Source: a virus (Duplodnaviria > Heunggongvirae > Uroviricota > Caudoviricetes). Taken from it: a DNA stretch of 64,000 bases. A program made the translations under genes and the position numbers. Position 1 is the first letter of the stretch, and every line of letters starts with the position of its first letter. Location: positions 101,154-165,153 of IMG/VR virus record IMGVR_UViG_3300021400_002728; one strand, written 5' to 3'. The notes under the pieces are model-generated. The model did not search any database. It worked only from the letters and a program-made list of their open reading frames with translations, and had not been told where the DNA came from. Shown piece after piece: positions 43,426 to 53,884 of this stretch.

Positions 43426-44244
43426 TCAGTTATCGTTATTTACTAAATCCTCAATATAGGTTGCATAAGCATCTCCATAAGGAAGATCATAGTCAAGTTT
43501 AATGGTATTTCGTTTAGTAATTACCTTAACACCAAGCTTAGGATTAAAACCTTCTTTATCTATAACAGTTGAATATAATCCAGTACCTCTCTTCTGCCAA
43601 CTAGGGCAATCATTATAGTTAATTCCATTCTGAAAAAGTAACTCATTCTTGAATGCTACACCCTTACCAGAAAGAATACTAGTTGCTTTTCGTTTAGACT
43701 CACCGTTCTTTCTAAGAGTCCAATAGCAATATCCATTAAGGGCATTTCTATTAGCATCTTCCTGCCTCCAAATGAAGTATCTCTTAACTACATCCATATT
43801 AGGAAGAGGACATACTCTACAGTCAAAGGTAGCAATAGGAAGATCTTTATCAATATCAACCACAATTACACCATCTCTAATTGCTTTCTGAAGACGTGCA
43901 GTAAAAAATGCACTAGCCTCACCAGCAAGAGTAGTATTGATCTTTCTTACTTTACGACCAAAAGTATTATCATCTAATCTGAAAAGCAATGAAATCTCAT
44001 CACTCTCAGTATAACCATATACAATCTGAAAACCACTATTCTCCATAAGATACTTAGTAGTCTCGACCATAAGATCTCTGAATCGTATATCAAATGGCGC
44101 CTCAAACTTACAAACCTCTTTGGTAAATTTAGTAAAGCTTCTACCATCAAGTCTGGCGACAATATACATATCAGGTAAAATGATTTGGTCTAAAGACTGC
44201 TCATATACGCGCATAAGACCATCTAAGTCATTAAAATTCATCAT
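43426..44244 (-). CDS. Thg1-like 3'-5' polymerase (tRNA-His guanylyltransferase family)
   Basis: RLDGRSF, YTESDEIS, FDCRV, WRQEDA.RN. Confidence 0.92.
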   Translation of the reverse strand: MMNFNDLDGLMRVYEQSLDQIILPDMYIVARLDGRSFTKFTKEVCKFEAPFDIRFRDLMVETTKYLMENSGFQIVYGYTESDEISLLFRLDDNTFGRKVRKINTTLAGEASAFFTARLQKAIRDGVIVVDIDKDLPIATFDCRVCPLPNMDVVKRYFIWRQEDANRNALNGYCYWTLRKNGESKRKATSILSGKGVAFKNELLFQNGINYNDCPSWQKRGTGLYSTVIDKEGFNPKLGVKVITKRNTIKLDYDLPYGDAYATYIEDLVNNDN

Positions 44245-44269
44245 TTATTTATACCAACTTTCTTTATTA

Positions 44270-44968
44270 TTATTTTCTTCTAGAAGACTTGCTATTGCCA
44301 AGGATCTGAAGAAGCTTAATGAAAAGATTGATAATGTCAAGATAAATATCTACTGCACTATCAACCGCATTATCAAGCGTCTTTGGATATTCCTGTGCTT
44401 TCCAGTAATCATATCCAATATATAATGTAAAGATTACTGCACCAATCCATGCAAGAGCATTCTGAGCCCAAGGGAAAAGGAACAGTGAAAGCAACTCAGC
44501 AATAATCAAACCAAAAAGTGCTCCAAGTAATAGACCACCAAGTTTTGAGAAAAATTCAGGAAATGCAATAGATAAAGCAATCATCGCAGCAGTAATTACA
44601 CATGTAAGAACAATTGCCTGCAGAACAATATCAGCATCTCCGCCTTTAACATAAGACTTAACGACAATTCCAACAACTAGTCCAACTGGAAGAACTACTA
44701 GATTATATCCAATAAAACTGATTAGTGGATTAGTTGATTTGGCCGACATTACAATACCAGTGATTGCGCACGCAAAATATCCAATAATAAATATAATTGG
44801 ATTAAACTGAAGTGCAACATCACCAAAAACATAGTACATTAAGACGTTTATAAGCAGTCCATAAAGAACTGTTCCGCCTAATGCTAAATTATACGTACGT
44901 GCATCGAGGATTTTTCCTTCCACAGCATTCATTCTTTCTTCTTTTCTTTCACTTGTCCAGCTACTCAT
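44270..44968 (-). CDS. Bax inhibitor-1/YccA family membrane protein
   Basis: 7 TM helices, AV..YLDIINLF C-terminal motif. Confidence 0.88.
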   Translation of the reverse strand: MSSWTSERKEERMNAVEGKILDARTYNLALGGTVLYGLLINVLMYYVFGDVALQFNPIIFIIGYFACAITGIVMSAKSTNPLISFIGYNLVVLPVGLVVGIVVKSYVKGGDADIVLQAIVLTCVITAAMIALSIAFPEFFSKLGGLLLGALFGLIIAELLSLFLFPWAQNALAWIGAVIFTLYIGYDYWKAQEYPKTLDNAVDSAVDIYLDIINLFIKLLQILGNSKSSRRK

Positions 44969-44980
44969 TTTCTGTCTCCT

Positions 44981-45910
44981 TTATACAATAGTTTTTCTAA
45001 ATTTAGTTCCAAGGAAGAAATCACTTCTCTCTGACCAGCCATCTTCAGATTCAGCAAGTAGATCTGAGAATCTTCTAAGTTTTGCGTCTGTATCATCAGC
45101 AAAGCTTAAAGCAGTGGCTTCAATAAGAGCAGGAACCTTAGGTGATCCATACTCAAGACCACCATGATGTGCTAAAATACAATGCTTAACTTCATTTGCA
45201 AGTGTCTTAGGAAATCCTTCGATCTTACGAACCTGAATATCAACCATCTCTGCACCCATATAGATATGACCAAGCAGATTACCTTCATCAGTATAATCAT
45301 TATCAGGGAATGCTGCGATTTCTTTGATCTTACCTATATCATGAAGAACTGCAACTGTAATGAGTAGATCTCTATTAAGTGCAGGATAGTTATCTGCAAG
45401 AGTAACACAAATCTTAGCAACTGAAAGTGAATGATCTAACAGACCACCAACATAAGCATGATGGACAGTCTTTGCTGCAGAGTTCTCCTTGAATCTCTTT
45501 ACAATCTTCTCATTTCCGAAGAATGCATTAAGCAGCTTGCTAAGATACTCATTTTTAACTGAACCCACGATCTCCATAAATTCAGCCCACATCTCATCGA
45601 CTGATCTAGGAGCCTTAGGACAAAAGTCTTCGATCTTAACTGTAGAAGGATCAGCTTTATAAGCAGTTGAAATATTGAGCTGAGGTGCCTCCTTAAAGGA
45701 CTGCATTGTACCAGTTACCTTAATAAAATCCTTAGCATCAAATACATCTACTGAATTGACATCCCAAACCTTTGCATTAAGAGTGCCAGATGAATCCTGT
45801 AAAACTAACGAAAAATAGTTATCACCTTTACTAGACACGCCTGATTCTTTCTTAACACAGTATACCAGTAAATCATTTACTGCATCACCAATCTTGTAAT
45901 CTTTAATCAT
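44981..45910 (-). CDS. 3'-5' exoribonuclease YhaM/Cbf1 (OB plus HD)
   Basis: DSSG...AKVW, HHAYVGGLLDHS, LHDIGK, HHG..EYGSP. Confidence 0.92.
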   Translation of the reverse strand: MIKDYKIGDAVNDLLVYCVKKESGVSSKGDNYFSLVLQDSSGTLNAKVWDVNSVDVFDAKDFIKVTGTMQSFKEAPQLNISTAYKADPSTVKIEDFCPKAPRSVDEMWAEFMEIVGSVKNEYLSKLLNAFFGNEKIVKRFKENSAAKTVHHAYVGGLLDHSLSVAKICVTLADNYPALNRDLLITVAVLHDIGKIKEIAAFPDNDYTDEGNLLGHIYMGAEMVDIQVRKIEGFPKTLANEVKHCILAHHGGLEYGSPKVPALIEATALSFADDTDAKLRRFSDLLAESEDGWSERSDFFLGTKFRKTIV

Positions 45911-45923
45911 TTAGTCTTCCTCC

Positions 45924-46229
45924 TTATAAACATTCTACTTTTGAATCATAACAGGTTTTTGCATATTTTTTAGATTCTTCGTCATCATTTAAGACAACTA
46001 AACCTCGTACATGTGTTTTTAAGTTCCATACATACATTATGCATTCATACTCAGTATTATTGAAAACTACTTCTACTGAATATATGCCGTCTTCTGTAGG
46101 AATAGGATCTATACGATCAATAATGTCATATCCAACAATTTTTTCAATCTTTCCATCGAGATATATGAAACAACCATTATTTAAGGTATCTAAAGCTGAA
46201 CTATTAAACTTATGAGGATATACTTTCAT
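45924..46229 (-). CDS. Hypothetical protein
   Basis: 101 aa with GGAG RBS. Confidence 0.6.
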   Translation of the reverse strand: MKVYPHKFNSSALDTLNNGCFIYLDGKIEKIVGYDIIDRIDPIPTEDGIYSVEVVFNNTEYECIMYVWNLKTHVRGLVVLNDDEESKKYAKTCYDSKVECL

Positions 46230-46240
46230 TTGATAACTCC

Positions 46241-46936
46241 TTAAATTAAATATTTGTTGAAATATGAAAAATCATATACATTATCGTCTTGTTTACGAGT
46301 TAATGTAGAAAAGTCATTAAATCCATTATAAACAAAATCTAATGTAGTATATTTATATCCATTTACATATACATCAAACTTAACGTTATCATCACTAACA
46401 AAAACTATTTTGAGTGCGACATTACTCGACTTACTCATTTCCTTAAGTATGTCAAGATTATTTATATCAGTTTGGTATTTGAAACGAGGATTGTATGCAT
46501 CAGGACCTTTTTCAAATATATAACATATTAAATCACCATCAACAAAATTATGTTCACGTAAATATCTATTTGTTTTTCGTGTAGCAGTTGAGTGATCTAT
46601 ATTACTGATATATTTAGCAATAACCCAGTTTATTAGTAAGTTAAGTAATAATAGTAATACAGCCCCAATAAAAATTATAAGTGTAAGCTTACTTCTAATT
46701 ACTGCTAAAACTGCTAAAGCAATAATTGCAAGAAATCCTATTATAGCAGATAATGTAGATAAAAAAGTAGTCATATTAAAATATCTCATATAAGTATTAA
46801 GATTCTTTTTATCTACTTCATAATCTTTACCATACTGCTCATAACAACATCTAGCTAATTCACGACCATACTGCGTAAGTGAATCACTATTGTAAGAGGG
46901 ATAAATAATAGTAGTTTGATAGTTCATGTTTTCCAT
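46241..46936 (-). CDS. Hypothetical membrane protein
   Basis: 231 aa, two TM helices. Confidence 0.7.
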   Translation of the reverse strand: MENMNYQTTIIYPSYNSDSLTQYGRELARCCYEQYGKDYEVDKKNLNTYMRYFNMTTFLSTLSAIIGFLAIIALAVLAVIRSKLTLIIFIGAVLLLLLNLLINWVIAKYISNIDHSTATRKTNRYLREHNFVDGDLICYIFEKGPDAYNPRFKYQTDINNLDILKEMSKSSNVALKIVFVSDDNVKFDVYVNGYKYTTLDFVYNGFNDFSTLTRKQDDNVYDFSYFNKYLI

Positions 46937-47122
46937 AGACGTAATCTCCTTTAATATTATATGTTTAGTCTACCGTCTAGAATCATGAACTAACATTAGT
47001 TCAAATAAATAATACTTAAAGTACGAAAGTATAACTCATAAAAAATCACCCTCATGTATATATTGTAATTATAACATGAAGGTGATATATTGTAAATAGT
47101 TTAATTCTATTTTTATAAAACT

Positions 47123-47581
47123 TTATGATTTTACTTTATAGGTTCTTACTACTGTTGCATGATAACCAGCATTCAGTACGTCTTCATACTTAAATACATC
47201 GTCTCTTGTTACAGGAGATTCAATAATCTCAAAGTAATCAGCTTCATTGATAGATTTCTCAGGAAGCTGCGCAAGTACTTCATGAATAGAAGGTTTGAAT
47301 AATCCATAATAACCATATCCATGAAGACATATAAAATCTTCAATTACTTCAAGATCTTCCTTATGCACAATATTTCTCTTATCAGTATCTCTATTCCAAA
47401 TATATGACTGATCTGACAAAGCAGAGAAACTGAACTCTTTCATATCATAAGTGATTCCGTCGATCATAATGATAGGCTTAGTTTTCTCATATCTTTTCTT
47501 AAGCTCATCGTCTTCGAGAAAATGAATATTAAGTTCTCGATCAATATTTACATATACTGGACCGTATAACTGTAATTTCAT
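47123..47581 (-). CDS. Hypothetical protein
   Basis: 152 aa with AAGGAG RBS. Confidence 0.7.
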   Translation of the reverse strand: MKLQLYGPVYVNIDRELNIHFLEDDELKKRYEKTKPIIMIDGITYDMKEFSFSALSDQSYIWNRDTDKRNIVHKEDLEVIEDFICLHGYGYYGLFKPSIHEVLAQLPEKSINEADYFEIIESPVTRDDVFKYEDVLNAGYHATVVRTYKVKS

Positions 47582-47593
47582 ACCTTCTCCTTT

Positions 47594-48118
47594 TTATTTA
47601 TCTTCATTAGTATCTATTTCATGCAGCCAATCATAAAGTTTATTTCCAATATAATTAGCTACAATTAATTTACGTTCGAATCTATCAGTAACATAATCAG
47701 GAAGATCAAATGTAAATGTTCTTGTTTCTGAACCAAGAATAATTGCCACATATATGTTCTTCTTATCTGTTATATTGTTAGGATCTATTCTGTCAATAAC
47801 TCCAGTAACACCAATTCCGATATATGCATTGTAAGCATTCTTACAATTCCAAGCCATATCAATAGCAGTTTCTGTAGAATATACACCATAGTCTCTTATG
47901 ATGTTTGCTCCAACTCCCTGCTGAATCTTAGCTTCATTACTATATGTAACAAAAGCACCTTTCATAATTGCAGAGGCGCCAGATTCATTAGTAATGAGAG
48001 TTGCAAGTAAACCAGATGTACAGCTTTCCATAGTAGAAATACTATAGTTCAGCTTAATAAGCATCTTAGTTATTTCTGACCAAATTTTATTTGTTGTAAG
48101 TATAGTTCCATCGATCAT
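47594..48118 (-). CDS. CinA C-terminal / PncC NMN deamidase family
   Basis: ESCTSG, FVTYSNEAK, VYS.ETA..MA, GVTG. Confidence 0.85.
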   Translation of the reverse strand: MIDGTILTTNKIWSEITKMLIKLNYSISTMESCTSGLLATLITNESGASAIMKGAFVTYSNEAKIQQGVGANIIRDYGVYSTETAIDMAWNCKNAYNAYIGIGVTGVIDRIDPNNITDKKNIYVAIILGSETRTFTFDLPDYVTDRFERKLIVANYIGNKLYDWLHEIDTNEDK

Positions 48119-48182
48119 TTTATATCTACCTCCAGTTATAGATATATAATAACATGATTTTACTTTAATGTAAATAGTTTTT

Positions 48183-48491
48183 CTACATTACACAAAAAGT
48201 TCCATCTGTATCAAACTCACCAGCATATAAAAGCTTAGCAATATTATGACCTTCTCTAATAAGTCTTTCTGTATGAGTATTCTCACCAAGCTTGATTTCA
48301 AATACATCACCTTCATAAGGATGTACAAATATCTGATATCCAGCTTCAAATAATCTAGTAGTTACTTCGCAAAGCTGAGTTGTATGAATAACGTCTAATG
48401 GAAAATCAAGAGCATCTTCTACTTCTTTTATTGTATGAAGTGTCTCTTTAGGATATTCACCTGGACGTAAATGAATATGAAATTCTTTCAT
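48183..48491 (-). CDS. Hypothetical protein
   Basis: 102 aa. Confidence 0.6.
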   Translation of the reverse strand: MKEFHIHLRPGEYPKETLHTIKEVEDALDFPLDVIHTTQLCEVTTRLFEAGYQIFVHPYEGDVFEIKLGENTHTERLIREGHNIAKLLYAGEFDTDGTFCVM

Positions 48492-48493
48492 AA

Positions 48494-49039
48494 TTATCTC
48501 CTTTTCTTAAAATACTGTTTAGTATTTTCATTAATTTTCTTACCTCTAACTTGATAGTAAAATTCTTCAAATAGATCTTTCTTTATAGCTTCTTCTGCTA
48601 ATAATCTTACTTTTTTAGCATCCTCTAAATCATCATAATAACCAAGATTTGCTCTATAGTTCTTATAACCAATATAGACATGCCATCTACACAATTTCTT
48701 TTCCCAGCTTACACCTTGTACTCCAGAGGTATTAGTTGAAATAGTTCCGTCTCTAAAAGTCATTTGTATGTTACAGCCATCAACAAAAGCATCTTTTCTA
48801 TGTAGACCAGCTTTACTGCATCTAGCAGAATCACCAGCAACTAAATATTCTTTGCTTTTACAGCCACAGCTTGATTCTCTTCCATCTCTTCTACTAGATT
48901 TAAGAGTAGACTCAAGTCTAACACAAGTATTTCCACAATCACATTTACAAAGCCAAGATTTCTTTTTATATGGCTTAGCAACTACTAATTCTTTTACTAT
49001 TAACTTTCCAAATCTTTGTCCAGTTAGATCTTTTGACAT
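48494..49039 (-). CDS. AP2-domain protein of homing-endonuclease type
   Basis: DLTGQRFGKL, WLCKCDCGN, SCGC, NTSGVQGVSW; no clear HNH. Confidence 0.75.
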   Translation of the reverse strand: MSKDLTGQRFGKLIVKELVVAKPYKKKSWLCKCDCGNTCVRLESTLKSSRRDGRESSCGCKSKEYLVAGDSARCSKAGLHRKDAFVDGCNIQMTFRDGTISTNTSGVQGVSWEKKLCRWHVYIGYKNYRANLGYYDDLEDAKKVRLLAEEAIKKDLFEEFYYQVRGKKINENTKQYFKKRR

Positions 49040-49041
49040 AA

Positions 49042-49230
49042 CTATTCCTCATTCTTAACTAAATCGCTATACTTGTCAATAATCTTTATAATATCATTTA
49101 TGCTTCCAACTGATCTATATTCAGAAATATCATTTTCTTCATAATCGTAATCTTCAACGTACTCACAGATATCACAACCATCAAAATTTTCAAGTATTTC
49201 TTGTTTTATTTTATTAAGTAATTCATTCAT
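49042..49230 (-). CDS. Small acidic protein, paralog of the C-terminus of 55346-55693
   Basis: ICEYVEDYDYEENDISEYR...IIKIIDKY. Confidence 0.6.
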   Translation of the reverse strand: MNELLNKIKQEILENFDGCDICEYVEDYDYEENDISEYRSVGSINDIIKIIDKYSDLVKNEE

Positions 49231-49252
49231 TAGCTACCTCCATATTTGTACA

Positions 49253-49714
49253 TTACTCATTGGTTTTTTCATGTCTAAGTCTTGCTCGAATCTTAGTTAA
49301 ACGTGATGTAAATTCTTTTGTAGTAAGAACTGTTTCAGACATCTTCTTTTTACCTTTGCTGTGAGTAAGAGTAGCATCACCAGTAGCAAGTAAAGCTTTC
49401 TTAAAACTCTCATTCTTAGCTAACTGATTATATGCTTTATCGAGAAGTTTCTGATACTCTTCGCTGTCTCGTTTATAAGCTTTGCCTTTCCAATATAAAG
49501 TTTGTTTTTGTCGCCAGTTTTTACTAGCTCCTTTAGATTTAGCAGCTTTACCAACTAACTTACAAACTTCTATTTGCATTTCAGGACTATTAAATTTAAG
49601 TGATTGTAAGAAGCCTTCCATTGAAGCACATTCTATACCATCAACAACGAATCCATGAGGAGCAAAGTTTGAAAGTGTTCCAGCTGGATAGCCATTTCCA
49701 CTTCCTATATCCAT
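49253..49714 (-). CDS. Phage-type NADAR protein (T4 gp30.3-like)
   Basis: LSNFAPHGF..DG..CASMEGFLQSLKF, LYWKG, ALLAT....LTHS. Confidence 0.8.
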   Translation of the reverse strand: MDIGSGNGYPAGTLSNFAPHGFVVDGIECASMEGFLQSLKFNSPEMQIEVCKLVGKAAKSKGASKNWRQKQTLYWKGKAYKRDSEEYQKLLDKAYNQLAKNESFKKALLATGDATLTHSKGKKKMSETVLTTKEFTSRLTKIRARLRHEKTNE

Positions 49715-49926
49715 TATTCATTATCCCTTATTTCTACAGTACCTTCAAAGGTATATTCAAAATCTTTAGGATATGTTCCGTCTTTCTTCATTATCTGAAT
49801 CTGATTATAACAAATAACAAGATCATGAAGAGAAACTTGTTTGCCATTTTTAAGTTCAATCACATCGTCTGAATGTGTATCATAATCAATTAACATGAAA
49901 TCTCCTTTGGCCATATAATATAACAA
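49714..49926 (-). CDS. Hypothetical protein
   Basis: 70 aa, coupled in operon. Confidence 0.45.
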   Translation of the reverse strand: MLYYMAKGDFMLIDYDTHSDDVIELKNGKQVSLHDLVICYNQIQIMKKDGTYPKDFEYTFEGTVEIRDNE

Positions 49927-50663
49927 CCATGTTCTGTAGCATTCATAAGATAAGTATTGTCTGAATCATATACTGGAACGGTTAAATTCATCATATTGAT
50001 AAATTTCTGGAATGTTTCGTCATTTACGTCATTCAAGTCTCTAAAACCAAATCTCAGATCCATATCAACAGGATAGAGATATACAGTATTAAATACATTA
50101 ATCATAAACTCTAGATCCCATTCAGTTTCAAATACAAATGGTGATTCAGGTCTAGGATTAGCAAAATCTTCAGGTAAAGCTTTATCCTGAAGAAGTCTCT
50201 GCATAGTGTCATGCCAAGCAGATAACCAATCTATAATGACACATTTAGGGTTAATCTTTTTGATGTTATTGATAATCTTACCACGATCTTTATGCTCAGT
50301 ATGATACCAAGCACCTTCAATTATAACAAGATCTGCACCACTCCAATATTCTTCAGGAAGTTTATCTGTACAATCCCAAACTCTTTTATGCAAGTTAGGA
50401 TAATCATTTAGCTGTTCTACGTGCTTAGGAATAATGTCAGATGCATAGATCTCTATATCAGGATAATTTTCGCATAACCAATTAGTATGAACTCCTGTAC
50501 CACATGCTATCTGAATTATTTTCTTAGGTCTAACATGCTCAATAGTATATTTGTACAGAAATCTCTTTCTATACAATTCTACCTTATGTCTATTATCATT
50601 TCCAGATAAACGTGTACTTTCATCAAAATTGTTATTGTAAAATTCATTTACGTTCATCTTCAT
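49890..50663 (-). CDS. Class I SAM-dependent methyltransferase-like
   Basis: IIQIACGTG motif I, YASDI motif II. Confidence 0.7.
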   Translation of the reverse strand: MKMNVNEFYNNNFDESTRLSGNDNRHKVELYRKRFLYKYTIEHVRPKKIIQIACGTGVHTNWLCENYPDIEIYASDIIPKHVEQLNDYPNLHKRVWDCTDKLPEEYWSGADLVIIEGAWYHTEHKDRGKIINNIKKINPKCVIIDWLSAWHDTMQRLLQDKALPEDFANPRPESPFVFETEWDLEFMINVFNTVYLYPVDMDLRFGFRDLNDVNDETFQKFINMMNLTVPVYDSDNTYLMNATEHGCYIIWPKEISC

Positions 50664-51429
50664 ATCCTTCTACTAAAAGATTGTTTTCAGTAATAATACC
50701 ATTTGTCCAGTAATTAGAAGAACTAATACTTTCTTTCTTAAATACAGTTTCCCATACAGATACAGGAAGTCCATCTACATCATAAATAATAGACTCATTA
50801 AAATTACCTTTTACAGGAAATGATTTAAGCTTACTTACTACATCATTAAAAGCATCTATGTCTGGCTGAATATCAGTTTCATAATACTTATAGCACTGTC
50901 TCAATTGCACATATCTAAGATTAAAACGCTTAAGTCTATTAAGCATTTCAAATATTTCAAGATAATTGTATCTATTGACCACTATACTAACACGCACATT
51001 GTCATTAGTAAGCTGATTAAGATGTTTAATAAAATCAAAGGTGAGGGGTGTTCCAGTGATTTTTTCAAATGTTTCTGGATTAAGAGACTGTAATGATAAA
51101 GAAATCTCTTCTTTACATTTATCACAAACAGTTGTATCTAATGAAGCATTAGTTCTAATACCTACCTTAAAGCCGAGTTCTTGCAAAAAATCAATTAAGT
51201 CAGATAAGTATGTATATAAAAGAGGTTCGCTATTTGTAGATGAAAGATAGATCTTTTCTACATTATTATTTTTGAGATGTTTTAACCATTTAGCAAAGTT
51301 AGGCCAATTCTGAAAGTGAGTATTAAGTGTATTGCACTTAGTAGACTCGTGCATTTCATTTCCTAAACAATAAAAACATTTTAGATTGCACTGTCCTACA
51401 AATAATATTTCTCCATAATCTATTCTCAT
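50644..51429 (-). CDS. Radical SAM protein
   Basis: CNLKCFYC, EPLL, IRTNA. Confidence 0.85.
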   Translation of the reverse strand: MRIDYGEILFVGQCNLKCFYCLGNEMHESTKCNTLNTHFQNWPNFAKWLKHLKNNNVEKIYLSSTNSEPLLYTYLSDLIDFLQELGFKVGIRTNASLDTTVCDKCKEEISLSLQSLNPETFEKITGTPLTFDFIKHLNQLTNDNVRVSIVVNRYNYLEIFEMLNRLKRFNLRYVQLRQCYKYYETDIQPDIDAFNDVVSKLKSFPVKGNFNESIIYDVDGLPVSVWETVFKKESISSSNYWTNGIITENNLLVEGYEDERK

Positions 51430-51716
51430 ATATTTTCCTTTGACTTTTGGATTGAGTTGAGGATTCGATCACAAATAACAGCATCCTCTTCAAATTGTTT
51501 CATAATAATCTTAGAATGCTTATCGCTAAGTTCATGATATTTATCTTCAAATTGCTTATATACACCTGTAAACTTAACACCTTCATCATAAGCTTCCTGA
51601 CTAATTACTTCTAAGATTCCATAGAATCTAGAAAATTCCATTATAAAAGTTGAGCTGTGTACATCAAGTTTTTCAAGTTCTTCGATCTTTCTTCGAATAT
51701 ATGATTCGTTTACCAT
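51426..51716 (-). CDS. Hypothetical protein
   Basis: 96 aa. Confidence 0.6.
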   Translation of the reverse strand: MVNESYIRRKIEELEKLDVHSSTFIMEFSRFYGILEVISQEAYDEGVKFTGVYKQFEDKYHELSDKHSKIIMKQFEEDAVICDRILNSIQKSKENI

Positions 51717-51717
51717 T

Positions 51718-51939
51718 TTACACCTCTTTTATTTCAACTTTCACTAATTTGAAATCTTGCGTTATACGTTTTGTTCGTTCATCTGAATTGATAGTCTTAC
51801 ATGCCTCTGTAGCATATTTTTCACTATGATAAATCTTAGATCTTCGAATTTGATTACCAAATTGATTTAGACCATAATAATAAAGACCCTCACTATTTTT
51901 TAATACTAAACCAACATCATGTGATAATCCTTTCTTCAT
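51718..51939 (-). CDS. Hypothetical protein
   Basis: 73 aa with GGAG RBS. Confidence 0.6.
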   Translation of the reverse strand: MKKGLSHDVGLVLKNSEGLYYYGLNQFGNQIRRSKIYHSEKYATEACKTINSDERTKRITQDFKLVKVEIKEV

Positions 51940-51950
51940 AAAAAGTCTCC

Positions 51951-52280
51951 TTATAATTCCTTTAACTGATCTTCAAATTCATCAACCTGACGACGTTCCT
52001 TTGGAGCATAATTTACTGCTGGACCATAGGCACCCTTATGTCTATATGAAGCATGACTATGCTTAGTTTTAGTCTTTTTAGCAGTACCAGCATTAGCATA
52101 TTTATTCATTTCATTGTTATTTCTAAGCTGACCTTCACAAATATCACCACGCTCAATAGGTGATAATGCACAGTCAGCAATACTCTTTGGTTTAAAAATG
52201 CATGTACTTATATTATTAAGTAAAGTCTTTCGTTTTTTAATAACAACATTTGTTCTACGTCTACGTTCGGCTCTATCCAT
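51951..52280 (-). CDS. Basic hypothetical protein
   Basis: 109 aa with GGAG RBS. Confidence 0.6.
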   Translation of the reverse strand: MDRAERRRRTNVVIKKRKTLLNNISTCIFKPKSIADCALSPIERGDICEGQLRNNNEMNKYANAGTAKKTKTKHSHASYRHKGAYGPAVNYAPKERRQVDEFEDQLKEL

Positions 52281-52288
52281 AGTATCTC

Positions 52289-52723
52289 CTAATCATAAAT
52301 TCCAAAGTCTGATTCATCTAAACCATAATCTTCTACTATAGTTTCAGCTAAACATTCTATGTCTTGATCATAGTCTTCTTGTTTCTTTTTCTTGTACTTC
52401 TTAGTATTGTCATTGATAAACTTCCAGAACTGTTGCTTAGTTACTAAGTTATCTATATTCTTACCAAGTCTGCACGCAATACTTTCTGCAAATTTGATCT
52501 GCTTTTCTGAAGGTTCAAATTCTTTTGGTAATATCCATTTATCGGCAATTGAAAATGGACCACTGTATTCATCTGTTTCAAACTTAATCTTACAGCCTGA
52601 GCATTTGTGTACAAATACTTTCATATAAGCATGATCTAGACCGAAGCCGTCCTCATCAATACAAGAACGGCTGTCAAATCTAGATGTCTTTTTCATTTCT
52701 TTTTTGCAGTTAGGACATTTCAT
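52289..52723 (-). CDS. Zn-ribbon hypothetical protein
   Basis: CPNC...CSGC; PSEKQIKFAESI motif. Confidence 0.65.
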   Translation of the reverse strand: MKCPNCKKEMKKTSRFDSRSCIDEDGFGLDHAYMKVFVHKCSGCKIKFETDEYSGPFSIADKWILPKEFEPSEKQIKFAESIACRLGKNIDNLVTKQQFWKFINDNTKKYKKKKQEDYDQDIECLAETIVEDYGLDESDFGIYD

Positions 52724-52736
52724 TCATACACCTTCT

Positions 52737-53810
52737 TTACTTAAGTCCAACTACTCTACTGTTCATTTCCATTACAAGTTCTCTGATCTTCTTGTAATCA
52801 GGTACCTCAGGAAGAGAAGTATTTGCAATAGCATACTGAAGTCTCTTCTCATATTCGTCTACCATCTCAAAGAACTCAGGAAGAACTTCGTTGTTCTCAT
52901 TTACATACTTACCGTTTCTGATATCCATAAGGAAATCATGCTCGGCAGTTCTATGAGTAATGATCTGTTCTTTCTCAAGAATATCGAAACACATAAGGTA
53001 GAGTCTTACAAGATGCATCATGTGCTTACCGATCTTATCATGCTCAATTGCTTTTGCGTTTCTCTTACCGAGACGGGTATATTCAGAAGTAACGTTCTTA
53101 AGTTCATTCCACATTCCGCAGTAATCACGAAGAGGATAATGAGTAAGAGTTACATCCATAAAGATCTCAGTCTCCATACCTTCCTGTTCAGACTTATCAA
53201 TATAAAGCTTAATAGAATCTTCAGGCATTGCAGGATAACGCTTGGTAAAGTCAGTCTGCATAAATTCCATAGTCTTAAGAATATGCTGCTCAAGACCGGC
53301 CTGAGACATAGAATGTGCTGACTTCTGGTTAAGTCTGTAAAGCTGAGAGTTTGCATAACCACCAAAAGAATGAGCACACTTCCTTGAAAGGAAAAGATGT
53401 GCATTATCTACAAGCATCTTACCTTCAGGTGAAAGATACATATACTGATCAGGATCAAGACCAAGCATCTCAATTGTGTTAGGGTTTACATTTGCGAGAA
53501 GGTTAATAATCTTGTTAAGCGAATAAACTGTAGTATCTGTATTAGTCTCAGTAACCTGCTCAAAGTTATCTACAGTACCAGCAAGAATATCTTCCTTACT
53601 GTTAAGTGCAATACCTCTAATATCAATATCAGAAGTAGGCTTGTTAGTTCCATATGCGTAAGAACCACCAAGACCAAGCATAATGATCTGTGAACCGATA
53701 GGTGTTCCATCAGCAGTTGTATTTGTTTTTCCTGCAGGTGCAAGATTTTCGTCTGTTCTGAGGAAATCATATTCGGTTGACTTAAGGGCTTCTTTAATGT
53801 TTTCGTACAT
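52737..53810 (-). CDS. Pol beta superfamily nucleotidyltransferase (RlaP-like)
   Basis: GGSYAYGTNKPTSDIDIRG, NPNTIEML, KHMMHLVRL. Confidence 0.85.
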   Translation of the reverse strand: MYENIKEALKSTEYDFLRTDENLAPAGKTNTTADGTPIGSQIIMLGLGGSYAYGTNKPTSDIDIRGIALNSKEDILAGTVDNFEQVTETNTDTTVYSLNKIINLLANVNPNTIEMLGLDPDQYMYLSPEGKMLVDNAHLFLSRKCAHSFGGYANSQLYRLNQKSAHSMSQAGLEQHILKTMEFMQTDFTKRYPAMPEDSIKLYIDKSEQEGMETEIFMDVTLTHYPLRDYCGMWNELKNVTSEYTRLGKRNAKAIEHDKIGKHMMHLVRLYLMCFDILEKEQIITHRTAEHDFLMDIRNGKYVNENNEVLPEFFEMVDEYEKRLQYAIANTSLPEVPDYKKIRELVMEMNSRVVGLK

Positions 53811-53884
53811 AAAAAATTACCTCCACTGTTATTTATAATTATATTATAACAAGTGGAGGTATCTTTGTAAATAGTTTTTAGTAT

